A DNA stretch of 64,000 bases from an uncultured virus (IMG/VR IMGVR_UViG_3300002498_000029). Taxonomy: Duplodnaviria > Heunggongvirae > Uroviricota > Caudoviricetes. The stretch is from IMG/VR virus record IMGVR_UViG_3300002498_000029. The stretch is one strand, 5' to 3'. Positions within the stretch are counted from its first letter, which is position 1. Every line of letters starts with the position of its first letter. Positions 38,504 to 52,686 of this stretch are shown here, piece by piece. Made by a program: the position numbers and the translations under genes. A model generated the notes under the pieces. The model had not been told where the DNA came from and searched no databases. It saw only the letters and a list, made by a program, of their open reading frames with translations.

Positions 38504-39576
38504 TGGATATAAATATATTAGGTTAGATTAATGTTTATGATTTAAATGAAAATTTATATTATACTCAAGACATGCATACTGTAAATTAGAATTTTTTAAA
38601 AGTATTATACAATTTATGTTTTAAATATAATATTTATTCAGTTAATGAAAAAGTATATAATAATTAGAATGTTCAATGTTCTAGTTATTGGTAGACACAT
38701 TATGTTTCATAGTCTATGACAACTGACAAGTATTGTGGTATAACACTAGCTACAGGTAGTCATACAACTACTAGCAATTGATATACTCTAAATGATCCCA
38801 TTACTACATCTAGTCTGATTCAAAGTATTCCCACTATAATATATGCCCCTGCAACAGCGACATATAATCAATATACAATTAGTATTAGAAGTCAATTTAC
38901 AGTTGACCCAACATATGATGGTATATTTGAAATAACACATATGGGGCTTACATCTAGAATAGATGATGATAGTTATGTTGTTTGAAGTAAGGATAAATTA
39001 ACTACTAATATTTAGTTAGATAAATAGAATGGTAGAATATTTGAAATAGCTATTCATTTTCCACTATAGGTATTAAAACCAGTTTCAACATTAGTAGCAT
39101 TAGCTTTTGGGTATGATGATACTCTACTTTTAATATATGATATTGAACACAATGCATATACCGGAGCAAATATACCAAGAGTATTATATGCCCAAACAAG
39201 CTTTAATAATAATATTGGTTCAGATACAAATTCTACAATATATAGTACATATAAAATGACTACACCCCCAGCAGAAATAACTGATACTATTACAACTAGT
39301 GTAGATTATATAATATAGTAGGGAAAATCATATTTAAGTATTATTCATACTCAAATAATAAACTTATAGACAATATATCTACCATTTACTATTGGAGAAA
39401 TAGGTGTTATGTGTAGATCAATGTTATATAATACATTCTTATTAATGAGAAGTATTGTATTTCGTAACATTACTTTAACTTCACAATATGAAAAAATTAG
39501 TGTAATATATAATATGTATATAAATACTCCAAAAGATACCACACCAATTGATTTTATACCATCATTAAAACCTTAA
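38503..39576 (+). CDS. Tail-associated protein, TQDMHT paralog 3
   Basis: Shared motifs. Confidence 0.75.
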
Positions 39577-39586
39577 GGAAATTAAA

Positions 39587-40705
39587 ATGTATAATATTAA
39601 TCAAATAAATGGTGTTATAAATGTTTATAATAAAAATGGAGAATTATAGCATACTCAAGATATGCATACTCTTAATGAAAATTTCTTAAGTATATTTGCA
39701 TTTAGATGTTATGATGAAAATATGATTGCTACATTAGGTATCAATATAAGAGATTCTCGTAATTATGGATTTATTCCTAGTTCTTATCCCAGTTTTGGAT
39801 ATTGATATACATTCTTACATGAATACACTACTGGATCCTATTGTGGTATAACATTAGCTACAGGTAGTCATACTACTACTAATGATTGGTATACTTTAAA
39901 TGGACCACTAGTAAGCTCAACAACAGTAGTTAATAAAGTTCCAACAGTGTAGTTTAGATCTGCTTCAATTTTATCTAACACTCATTCTATTTCTATTAAG
40001 AGAGAGTTTGGTATAAATTCTTCAAATTATAATGATTATACTATTACACATTTAGGGCTAACTAATCCCTATTATGATACATCTTATTTTGTTTGGAGTA
40101 AAGATAAATTAGAGTAGCCAGTAATATTAAATAGAAATTAGAATAAAATATTTGAAGTATTATTAACATTTCCTCCTGAAGTATTAAAACCTATACCTGT
40201 TATAGTAGCTAAAAATTTTAATATTAATACTTCTAGTATTAGTTTAAATACATTTCCCTATGGATCAACTTCAGAATAGATTTCAGGTAGTGATTTACCT
40301 GATTATATTCGTGTTAATTATCTTTCTCATATTGAACCTATGGGTATTAATATTGGTACAGGTACTACTCCAACAGATTATAATACTTATAATATGGAAT
40401 CTAACGTTACAATTTAGAGAAATACTTTAAGTAGAACAATAGGATTTGTAAATATTGATAGTGTTTCATATAAATCAATACAACTTGTACATAATGTAAG
40501 CTTAGCTAACTCTATAAATTCAAATATAACTGAAATTGGTTTAGTTGGTAGAGATATACTACACTCTAAATATTATTTATTATATCGCGTTACCCAAAGT
40601 GCAATATTAATAACACCTGATGATACTATAGAAATTTCATGCAGTGCTTATATAAATACTCCATATAATACTTCACCATATACCCATTCAATTGGAACCA
40701 TTTAA
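39587..40705 (+). CDS. Tail-associated protein, TQDMHT paralog 4
   Basis: Shared motifs; uses GAA/TGG at positions where the others use TAG/TGA. Confidence 0.75.
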
Positions 40706-40707
40706 AA

Positions 40708-42225
40708 ATGATTAAAGTAAAATGAAATTCTATATGGAATAGTATTACTAATTTAAAGGTTAAAGCAGAAGATACTTGAACTCAAATTTAGAAATATTGA
40801 GTCAAGATAACTGATGCCTGAGTTCAGGTATGACCATTTGGACCTATAATTAATACTGTTAAGTTTGTATATAGTACTATTAAATTACATTTAATGAATG
40901 TTGATTATAGTTATATAAGTACTATGTATAGTACTATAAAATATAGATTATTATTATATTTATGAGCAATTGAAATAGGTTTTACTAATATTATAAATAT
41001 TGTTTCAGTATTAAATCCATTTAAACAATATCTATATACTATATATAGTAATATTAAACAAAAGACAAACAGATATGATAGATATCTTAAAAACATATAC
41101 ACTACAATAAAATTAAGACTTTTAAATTATGATCTATCATATATCTCTTATGTATATAGTACTATTAAAGCTGCTTCAAAAATAATATTTGAAACATCTT
41201 ATATAAAACAAATGTATAGTACAATTAGATATAGGTTAATAAATATTTTTAAATCATATGCACAAATAATATATGTATCTCTTTCAATGTACTATATACC
41301 AGCAACTAGACAAATATTACATCAAATTACAAATGAAATATGATATAAACTTATTGGAATAAACTTATTTGTTAAACATATAACAAGTAGTATATTATTA
41401 AGGGTTATTTATACTTCAAAATTTAGCAAAACAATATTTACTAGAATTTATATTTTAGTAAGTAATATCTATAAATACCACACCAATATTTATACAAATA
41501 TTAAATAGAAAATTTTAACACATTATATTATTTTTAAATATATTTATACAAATATTAAATAGAGATTAGTTTACTCATTTTTAATTTCAAAAACAATCTA
41601 TACTAAAATAAAATAGAGATTAGTTTACTCATTTTTAATTTCAAAAACTATTTATACATTAATTAAATAGGGTGAGTTAAATGCTCATAGGTATATGGCT
41701 TATATATATTCAAAAATAAAATAGAGATTAATTTACTCATTTTTAGTTTCAAAAACAATATATATATTAATTAAATAGAGACTAGTCTATTCAATCTTAG
41801 TTTCAAAAAATATTTATACATTAATTAAATAGAGATTAGTTTATATACACATCTACACAGTAATAGTATTTTCAAATATTAGAGAAAGGTTAATATTTAT
41901 ATATGTATATAATAAAAAGATTTATACTATTATATTAGAACGATTAATAAATACTCCTATGTATATTGTTAGTATTTATAGTAATATAAAATAGAGATTA
42001 CAATATGCTAATAGATTTATAAGTAATATTTATAGTAATATAAAATAGAAATTACAATTTACTAACAGACATATAAGTAATATCTATAGTAAAATTGGAG
42101 AAAGACTTATGTTTCCTAGAATATTCATAAGTAGTGTATATAGTAAAATTGGAGAAAGGATTATGTTTCCTAGAATAGTTATAAAAACAATATACACAAA
42201 TATTAATTGAAAAGAAGTAGCATAA
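40708..42225 (+). CDS. Repeat-rich protein (Trp-rich N-terminus, ~18-aa IY(S/T)xIKERL repeats)
   Basis: Open only with recoding; ~54-nt repeat units. Confidence 0.65.
41480..42205 (+). repeat. Degenerate ~54-bp coding tandem repeat
   Basis: AAATAGAGATTAGTTTACTCATTTTTAATTTCAAAAAC recurs at 41558 and 41611 with variants; GGAGAAAG..TTATGTTTCCTAGAATA occurs twice. Confidence 0.85.
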
Positions 42226-42382
42226 TAAAAGAGGTAAATAATGGCAGGAAAACAAATATCCATCAGAGTTGATTTTATTGTTCATCGTAAAAAATGTATA
42301 GATAAATGATATAAAAGATTATATAATAAGATATTTAGAAAATACATAAAATATTATTAAAATTAAAAGGAAAATATAAATA

Positions 42383-43015
42383 ATGGCAACAAATTTAATT
42401 ACAACTAGAGCTTCAATTTTAAATGGTAGCGTAATTGATGCAACTCAAACATCAAAGATATATGATGTTTTAATAAGTGGATCAAAAAATACCAGTGATA
42501 ATTCTATATTCGGCGGTATAAAAATATATGACAATACAATTATTACAAAAAATTGCTAGACTGGACCAAGTGAAAATACTGCTGGTCTTACTATTGGTCT
42601 TGGCGGTACTAATATGGGATATAATAGTTTTACTATATCTAATAATTGGCAACATGAAGGAGAATTTGGAAATTGCCAAGTTACTAAATATGTTCTTCAA
42701 GCCAAAGAAGGCACTGTAAAATTTTGATTAGCAGAAGAAAAAAGTATAGAACTGTCTAAAGAATATTTTTATATAATAAATATAAATGCGCATGGATTTA
42801 TTTCTACCGGAAATGTATCAGAAATTATTAGTTGTATTAAGTCTATACAGGTATACTATTATGAAAGTGCTTGAGTCGTTGAGGATATTTACACTCCATT
42901 AGTTGCAACAATGGACCTAGTTTGCAGTGTTGTAGATGAACAAATATTATTTACACCCCCAGAGGATTTAAACAGAGGAATATTAATAGCTGAAGTTTTA
43001 CAAGTTTTAGTTTAA
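42383..43015 (+). CDS. Tail-fibre-associated protein
   Basis: N-terminus (TRA.I..G..I.A...S..YD.LISGS) similar to 48618. Confidence 0.6.
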
Positions 43016-43035
43016 TAATGTAAGGAATTAAATAA

Positions 43036-43479
43036 ATGGTATGTCATATTTCTGGATCAATTATAAATAATGAATATAGTAAATCATTTCAACTTACTGG
43101 ATATTCATCATAGTATCCTATATAGTTTAGATCAAGTAGTTAGGGATAGTACACATCTATTATTGATAATTTCAATATACTTTTAAGTACAAATTATTAT
43201 TAGTTTATAGTTGTAAATCCAAACTATATCATAAGTTATTCTTTAGTTATTAATGATAATATAATTAATAGTTTAAATGATCCTGAGGTAGTGTATAATA
43301 CCTATAGTTATCCAAATATAGTAGTAGCAATATCAGCATCTGGAAATTATGTTCAAATTAGTAATAATAATGTTTACATACCAAATTTAACCTAGAGTAT
43401 ATCATACAACCATATTATGACAGACATATCAGAATATAGTAATAAAATAACAATAAACTATGCAACATAGGATATATAA
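43036..43479 (+). CDS. Hypothetical protein
   Basis: AAGGA RBS; open recoded frame. Confidence 0.55.
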
Positions 43480-43484
43480 TTAAC

Positions 43485-46400
43485 ATGATAGAATATACTG
43501 GATCATTTATTATATCTAGAGATACTACTATAGATGCTTATTCTATCTATGACCAATTAATATCTGATTATATATCGGAAAAATATTATCTTTCATTCAG
43601 TATATCTCCAACAATATTATATACTGCATCAGTTATTAATTAGTATATTGTTATTAAACCATAGTTTGTAGAACCCTCGTACACTATATTATTTGATAAT
43701 GATTATATATAGATAAATACTAAGTATGATTATGGTATAAAAACAAGGTATAAATATAATTAGTAGACATATTTATATGAATATGGTACAAAATTTATCC
43801 CAATTTATTATGGTGAGAACCAAATAATTACAGTGTATAACATTATAAAACAAACATAGGAATATTCTTCTGAATCAATACTAACATATGACAAAATATA
43901 CTTTAATGCGTCACCATCCAGTGGACAATATAATGGTTAGCAATATGTAACATTATCATTATCATTTAATACAGATAGCGCTTCTATTTATTATGATTTA
44001 AATAATACTGGTAATTATACTATATATACTACACCAATATTCTTATAGGATATAATTCCAGAAGTTGATGATACATATAATTTAAAGGTTAAATTAGTAG
44101 ATGTTAATGATAGTAACCATAGTTCATCTGTATAGTAGTTTAATTATATTATATCTACAGTTCCTCAAGTATTATTTACTATAAGTAATCCGAATGATAG
44201 TTATATTTAGATGGATGGAAGTTATAATGGTTATGCTGTAGTGGATTTAGATGTATCAATCGAGCAAAGAGCTACAACTGATATTTATTATACTTAGGAT
44301 GGAACTACTCCTAATGATGATTCTTTGTTATACACTGCATCATTAAAATATATAGTACCTGGGTATTAGGCATAGAGTGTTAGTAAATAGATTAAAACGA
44401 TGATATATTATGATACATAGAGATATTATTACAGTAGTAGTTTTGTAGTTAGCCCCAAGAAAGTGAGAACATATCAACATGATGATAGTAATAATGGTGG
44501 AGTCCGCAAATATTTTAATGATAATTTTATAATTAGTGGTTCATCAATATTGTTTAATTCATCAAGTAATAATATAACAACATTTAATAGTTGTATTACA
44601 TCTTGAGGTAGATTTCCTTTAGATATATACGTTTCAGCTTTTGGTAGTATGAATAATCCAAACAACTGAGGATATTATAAAATATATTAGATAAATACAT
44701 CAAGTTTATATGTATCTTTTTCTAATGCAAGTTTTGAATATTAGTAGTGTAATACTTCTCCATATCTGTACTTACTAACAGTAACTGGGCATATGAGTGG
44801 TACTAGAGCTAAATTTATAGCATAGTGTAATAGTAGACCCAATATCACTATTCACTCTACTGATGGGTTTATAGGATCTTGAGCTAAATTATTTCATACA
44901 TTGGGCACTATATCTATGGGCGGATTATCAGATTCTACATCTTAGCAAATTGATACTTTGTTAAATAATATAAATATATGTTATGGAAATGGATATAATT
45001 CATTTGTGAGATAGGTATATACTGAACCAAATCGTAGTGCAAGAGTTGATCCAACCAAGCAATATAAAAAAATAATAGGAGTAACTTCTCCAGATTTATC
45101 TTATGGTCCATCTATATAGTTTGTCATGTGAAATTCAACTAGTAATACTCAATCTTATACCACTCCAAAAGTAGCAGCTATTGTTGCATCAATAATGCAT
45201 AATAGACCAGATTTAACATTTTTAGATATTCGTCAAAGACTTAGAAAATTAGCAGATAAATATACACAAGGGTGAAAATAGACAAATATTAGATAGTTAT
45301 TAGGGTTCTGCTAGATAACATTTTATTTAAGTCTTGGATTAAAAATTCCTAGTACAATATTATATTAGGTATTAAATAATAGTAAATTTTATTATTATGA
45401 TTCAAAAACAAAAGAGCTATCACTCGGTTGAACATCTGGATCATTAACAAATATATCATCATCAATATATAGTCAATCAATTATATCATTATATGATTAT
45501 AGTGAATATAGTACTAATATAATGACAGCTATGTACTCTAATCCATTTGAGTCAGCTAGTTATATATTTTATAATGGTACACAAATAACAACTGGAACAT
45601 CTACTACTAATTATATATATCCATATCACTATCAATATGTACCAGATAATAATATTCCAGTTGGACAATATATATTAGTATATCAATGGCAAGATACTAG
45701 TAGTAATTTTTATCCAATAACTTATCAAACAACAAAAGCTCAAGGGTTAGGATTAATACAAACATATTAGCAAGGTGATTTACATGTTAATGTTGAAAAA
45801 ATAATATATTCAGCATCATATATGGATTAGTAGACTGTTGGTATAATGTCCCCATTTAATAAACAAGTGATTTGTAGGGATAATAGTATATAGTTATCTT
45901 GAGAAAATGCATCATTAAACAGTTTTGATTTAACTTATATATGAATAATACCAAGTGCATCATATAGTAATTTTAGATAGTATAACCCATATACTACATA
46001 GAGTATTGTAATATTATATTCTGGATCAGATGAATCTTATACTGCTAGTATAACTGGATATGATGATGGAGATTATTTATTAGTGTTTCAATCTAAAGAT
46101 ATATATAATAGTTATTCATATATATAGAATAATCAATATTATAACTAGTCATACACAAGAAATTCAAATTATTATTATGATATATTTAAACTAAAATATA
46201 GTGAAAGTGTGTTGTATAAATATGATACTCTGATTCAAACTCCATATTATTACAGCTATACTGACACATCAAAAGCATTTACACCAGTAACCTCAACTAA
46301 TCAAAATATACCATACCAATTAGCAACATCATTTGGAAACAATAACCTATGGTTTTAGTATAATAAATATCCATTAGTAACTAATACCTATGTTACATAT

Positions 46401-47042
46401 AGTGTAGCAGGGTAGTAGTATTATTTAGCATATAATAATCATTTCAGTGCTTTAACGTATATTAAAAAAAATAATAGAACATTAAGAGTTACTGCTAGTG
46501 TTGTAAATAATTGAAATTCATAGTCATATGGTAATATTGTATCAACTTGATTGCCAACAGACCCTACTACATATAAGTTCAATATTACAAATTGACCATT
46601 ACCACAATAGACAGATACATGATTAGGGGCTATTTATACTAGTCCATATTCATCATTAACACCATCTCAAACATATACATATAGTATATCTGGAAGTGAT
46701 TACTAGTATGACATTACAATAGTATCAACTCATAAATGATTTAGACCAAGATTTTACGCATATAAGATATATGATAGTTGAAGATATGCAATGCATCATG
46801 GAATGACACCGTTTGGTGTGTATCGTTATCCATTTTACTTATATTATACTACTGATGGTTCTGACCCAAGGATAAGTTAGACTGTATATAGTTGTTCATA
46901 TGATAATTCTGCAATATCTATTCCAACAGAAAGTGGTGACTATACTTATAAATTATATTTACCATAGCAAACTAGCTCAATTGCAGTGTCTGATATATTA
47001 ACTAGTTCTTGATTATATACTATAAATTTTATAAGGTAGTAA
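43485..47042 (+). CDS. Large virion protein with CHB_HEX_C/Fn3-like modules and a subtilase-like domain
   Basis: IYYT(TAG)DGTTP, YYTTDGSDP; SYGPSI(TAG)F...QSYTTPKVAAIVASIMHNRPDLTFLDIRQRL. Confidence 0.7.
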
Positions 47043-47047
47043 TATAA

Positions 47048-48598
47048 ATGGACAATATTATATATATAACTTCATCACAATATATTTATATTGATTCTGG
47101 ATATAATTAGAATACTGTTGTTTATTATAACATAAATTCTTAGTTTGATCCAGATAATCAATCACAACAATATTCTAGTGGAATACTTATAAATTAGAAT
47201 ATTTTATTGAAAACTATAAACTTCAACAAACTTACAGAATAGTATTCAGAAGTTTCATAGTTTCAATTTATACGATTATTACAAAATCCGTATTTATATT
47301 ATACTGGTTCAAAATGATTTATAAATAAAAATTAGGATAATGATGTAATAACAATATATACTGTTGATGGTAGTTATCCAAGTTTGATTAATGGAATAAT
47401 ATATGATGATTCAAAATATTTAACAACTATGACATCATAGTAGTTATAGTTACTACAAATTAAAAATATTAGATATAATTCCATTGATAGTGAATTAATT
47501 TCGACTCATAGTGTTCCAGTGGCAACATCTAATAAAGAATCTGGAATATATTTAACACCAGTAGAGATTGAATTATATTGTCCACTATCTGGTTCATCAG
47601 TTTATTATACAACAAATAGTTCTGATCCATTAATTTATGGTACAGATTATAGTGTAGAACCAAGAGTTCCTGTTCCAAAATATATTTATACTATTATAAA
47701 AACTATTGCAACTAAATAGGGGTGGAATAACAGTTAGACTTCATCTTATTGATATTTTTATACTAATAAGTTAAATAATGTATAGTTTAATTATACTACT
47801 AGTATATATAATAATGATATATTATTACAACTAAGTTAGCCAAACACCTCATCCATATATTATACTACTGATAATACTACTCCAACCACATAGAGTTTAT
47901 TATATTCATAGCCAATATTATTAAATACAGATATAACAGTAAAGGTTATGGCGTATAAGTATTTATGGTTAGATTCTAATATAACTTCATAGTCATATTC
48001 ATTTAAATGCGAACAAGTATCTGCTAGTTATTAGTCTGGTGAATATGAATAGCCAATAACTGTATAGTTATCTTCAATTACTTCTAATAGCATAATATTA
48101 TATACACTAGACGGAACTTTTCCAGTTGATTCGGGAATTGAGTATTCAGTACCAATTTATATAACTAATAGTGTATAGTTAAATGTAGTTGCTTTAAGAT
48201 TTGGATACTGGGCATCAACAGTGTCACAATATGATTATACTATATCGTGGTCATATAATTATTATTCTAATGATTTTATTAATAATGAATAGTTATATAC
48301 TTCACATTCAATATTGATAACAGGATCAACAGATTCATAGAGATATTGATTATATTATAGTAACCAATGAAATAAATTTTAGACCTCAAGTATATAGTAT
48401 TATACAACAACTGGACAATTTAAAATAGTGTTATTAGATGATAAATATTTAAACTTATCATTTATTTCAACATCTAATTCGTATAAATTATCTTAGCCGA
48501 TATATATTAATATAGATAATTTATCAGAATCAATCTAGACAACATCATCAGTATACAAATTAATAACATATACTGGTAATGTTTACACAACAGGATAA
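47048..48598 (+). CDS. Protein with tandem CHB_HEX_C/Fn3-associated repeats
   Basis: YTVDGSYP, YYTTNSSDP, YYTTDNTTP, YTLDGTFP. Confidence 0.8.
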
Positions 48599-48617
48599 AA
48601 ATAGGAGACAAATATAA

Positions 48618-49298
48618 ATGGCAAAACCAAATTTAACAGAAACAAGAGCCGAAATAACTACAGGTGGTATTATATCAGCATCACATATATCTAATTTATA
48701 TGATGCATTAATTAGTGGGTCTAGTGATGATAAATTTTTTAATGGAGTAACAATAGCATCAGATAAATTTGCAATGGCTAGATGCTCAGTTAATACATCC
48801 GGAATGGCTATTGGAGTTGTATCGTCAGCAGTTGGATAGAATTCATTTGCAATGGGCTATAACAGCGTAACTAATAATCCTGGTGAATTTGCTATTGGAG
48901 TGATCTCCCAAAAAAACCCCGAAGATATTTCTCAATTTACTGTTAACATTGGTTCATTGGGATTAGCCGTGGATGAAAAAGCCTATTACATGTTTGGACA
49001 TGACTCAGTTGGATTACACGTTAACAGTCTAACAATTGCATATATTAAAGCGAACGGCATTATGTATAATAGTTCCACACTTGATGACACCGCCACAAGC
49101 ACATCATATTTTAATTATGATAGTATACTGGCCAATAATACTTTATATTCTGAAAGTGTATCATATTCGAGTGATGTCACCAAGCTTACCTTCACAATGA
49201 ACCTAGACCAAGATAACCTTTATCTAAAATTAACTGGTCAATTTAGCACATATTATTTTTCAACAGTAAAAGTATAGATAATACAGTGTGATTATTAA
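48618..49298 (+). CDS. Tail-fibre-associated protein with YadA-head-like repeats
   Basis: Joins two track ORFs via TAG 48837; GMAIG..SSAVG(TAG)NSFAMG...EFAIG. Confidence 0.65.
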
Positions 49299-49403
49299 AA
49301 TCTTATGGACAATAATTAACGATATGCCAACAATAACATACCTTCCAAACTTATATATTAATTATAAAATAAATGGCGGTAATATACTGTATAATAAATT
49401 AAT

Positions 49404-50183
49404 ATGATAAAATTAAAACAATATATATTATAGTCAACACAAGGTCCAGCGGAAATAAATAAAGAATAGTTTATTAAATTATTCAAATAGAATTGTAAAA
49501 ATATACACAATAAGTGGGATTATGTATATAGAGGTAGTAATAATACAAATTAGTTTATATACTGAAAACCCAGGCCTACAAAAAGAAAGTCATCGTGTAT
49601 ATCATAGACTTGTGTAGATAAATTTTATAATTGATATTTATCTAATAGTAAAGATTGAGCTAATTATCCAAAAAGAGACAGTAGTATAATTTGTTCAACA
49701 GATGAATAGGTAGCAAAAAATTTTGGTTAGCAGGTATATATAGTTATACCATTTGATAATACTAAATGGGGAGTATGCATATAGACTGATTTATGAGATA
49801 GTTTTGAAGAAATAAATGAAATATATAATCAAGATGATGGTATTTTAAATTTTTCAAATTAGTTAAGATATATTATTGGTGATGTATATTATCCATAGCG
49901 AGTTTAGTAGGCATTTAATAATATTAGTAATTGGTCATAGTTTTAGTTGTCAAAATTATATTAGTCGAAAATATATAAAGAATATTTATAGAATAAACAT
50001 AAATATAAAACAATATGATAGTTTATTACTGTATTAATGTTACCATAGTTAAATAATTTTAAGTTAAGTTAGTAGCCTTGAAAATATAGTGTTAGAGAGG
50101 TTTGATCTTAGGGGCCATGTTTAATGATTAAGCATTCAATACAAAATGAAAAATTCGTATAGGAATTAATAAATAATGATTAA
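49404..50183 (+). CDS. MIKLK-leader protein, putative ADP-ribosyltransferase-like fold, paralog 1
   Basis: VYRG...YPKR..SIICSTD...A.NFG..VYIVIPFD...REV(TGA)S(TAG)G. Confidence 0.6.
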
Positions 50184-50580
50184 ATTAAAGAATATAGTAA
50201 TGGAAAAATTTGATTTATAGAGAATGAATAACTACACCATTGTAAATACTTGTATTAATAATATTATATAGTATATTAAATTACATTTTAAGTTAAATAG
50301 AATATTTTATATTAAATATAATAATATTAAAATAAATTAGAAAGATAAAATAGGGTGTAAATTATAGTTAACAATTACTCAATTGATACCACAAGATAAA
50401 ATTGATAAAAATAAGCTAGTGTTATTAAATAAGTTAAATAATATTGAAATAGTATTTATTACTCCAACTGAAATACAATATAAATATAGTAATGTTAATA
50501 AAATTGATACTGATATTAAACAAATAAAATACTAGATAATACAATATATAAGATAGATTTTAGATAAAATAAATGATTAA
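50176..50580 (+). CDS. MIKLK-leader hypothetical protein
   Basis: MIKLKNIVME. Confidence 0.65.
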
Positions 50581-51124
50581 ACTAAGATAGATAATACAAT
50601 AGAAATTAGACTACATATAGTTTAATAGTCAAAAAATAATGTATGATAATACAAGTAAAGCTGTTGCATTTATAATTAATAGTGACAACGAAGTATATTA
50701 TGAATGAGGTGGTTTACATTATAATCTTCAAGATAAATTAGCTACTGATAATAAATATGTTAAGTGAGATAATTTAGTTTATGGTAGAATATTCTTTGTA
50801 ATTTATAATCCAGTTATAGTATTTTCAATAAATACTTATAGAAATTTTACAAAAAAAATAATAAATTATTGTAAGATATTAAAATAGTAGTTTCCAAAAA
50901 GCAGACCATTATCAGATTGGTATATTGCAATTGAATAGCAATGTATTGATTATAGAGCTAGATTAAAATTAATAAAGGCATAGTATTCAACTAAATTTAC
51001 ACAATTTTTAAAAAACAATAAATATTATTGAAGCCATATATAGTTATAGTTTTATGTTCCATTATTGACATTTGAATAGGATATACATAAAATATAGTAG
51101 TAGATTATAAAATTGGGAAAATAA
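50573..51124 (+). CDS. MIKLR-leader hypothetical protein
   Basis: MIKLR(TAG)IIQ(TAG). Confidence 0.65.
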
Positions 51125-51127
51125 ATA

Positions 51128-51925
51128 ATGATTAAATTAAAACAATTAATATTATAGACACAAAGTCATAAAATTGAATTAACGAAGTAGTAGTTTAGAT
51201 AGTTATTTAAATAGAATTGTAAAAATATTAAATATATAGATGATTGCGTATACCGTGGATGATGAACATCAGAACAATTTATTAAATTTCAATCATCATA
51301 TGCTGAAAGAATTTCTAGATGAGTACATGGTGGAGAGATGGACTCTTATTATAATTGATATTTATCTACATCAGATGATTGAAAAGAATTTCCAAGAAGA
51401 AATAAGAGTTTAATATGCACAACTGATATTGCTAATGCTAGTAATCGAGGTAAAATATTTTATGTATTTCCATATGATAATATATAGTGGGGTATATGCC
51501 CAAAAAAAGATATTTGATTTTCATTTGATACTTATTTATCTACTCTTACTAATACTAATTTTGTTGGTGCTGGAGTTTTATCAGATATAATGGAATAGTT
51601 ATCTAAATTACAAAATTATCCCAAATTAACACAGGATGATTTCAATTATACTACGTTTAAATAGAAATAGTTCTATTGAATTGATCAAATTTTAAATACA
51701 TCAGTATTTAAAAATAATGAATAGTATACACTTGAACAAAAAAATAAACTAATATACTATTTCTTTAAACAATTATTTAATCCACAAAGTAATTAGTTTT
51801 TAATAAGCACTAAACCATGAGATTATGAAAATAGAGAAGTGTGATCATAGGGACCATGTTTACTGATACAATATGGTAAATAGACTATGGATTATTTAAA
51901 ATAGTTAATAGAAGAAAATAAGTAA
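51128..51925 (+). CDS. MIKLK-leader protein, ART-like paralog 2
   Basis: VYRG, FPRRNKSLICTTD, ENREV(TGA)S(TAG)GPC. Confidence 0.6.
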
Positions 51926-52686
51926 TGATAAAATTAAAACAATTAATATTATAGTATAAATCAGCTACATCTGAAATATCTAAGTAGTAGTTTATATAGA
52001 TGTTTGAAGATAATTGTTATAATATTAAACATCTAAATAATTATGTATATAGGGGCATACCGTCTAATGCGCGGTATCTATATTTTAATTCTAAGAAAAC
52101 CACTATATAGCGACCGTCTTCAATTTAGCATTCACAAAATATTTTAAAGACGGAAAGCTTTTATAATTGGTATATGTCTAATTCTTAGGATTGAAAAAAT
52201 TATCCTAAAAGAAATAAAAGTCTAATATGTAGTACTTCTACAAAATATAATAGATTATACGGAAATAGATATATAGTTATTCCATTTAATAATACAAAAT
52301 GAGGCATATGTCCAGCGGATGATTTGTGAGATAGTTTTCATAATAAAATACTCTTTACTGATTTATTACAATAGTTGTCTTCTCATGACTTATTAAAAGA
52401 TATATATCCATATTTAGATTAGAATAGTATTAATTCAATTAATATTAATGATTTAGATCCAATTAAATATTCTGAATTATTTAAAATATTTGATAGATAT
52501 TATGGTAAAACTAACTGATAGAAATTTAAATGGTTTTGAAATCCTCAAAATACTGGTTTTTAGGTAAGTTAGACTCCATGAGAATATGATAATAGATAGG
52601 TTTGAACTTAGGGGTCTTGTATTTTATTTAAACAGAATATATATAATATAAAACTTTTAGAATAGTTAATATAGGAAAATAATTAA
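51925..52686 (+). CDS. MIKLK-leader protein, ART-like paralog 3
   Basis: VYRG, YPKRNKSLICSTS, DNR(TAG)V(TGA)T(TAG)G. Confidence 0.6.

Noticed and set aside
36299..40705. TGA=Gly (table 25), selenocysteine, or TAG=pyrrolysine
   Set aside because: TGA alternates with TGG and sits at Trp motifs; both codons are far too frequent and widespread for Sec/Pyl insertion.
41480..42205. CRISPR-like array
   Set aside because: Units are degenerate, in frame, with a period that is a multiple of 3 and no unique spacers; it is a coding repeat.
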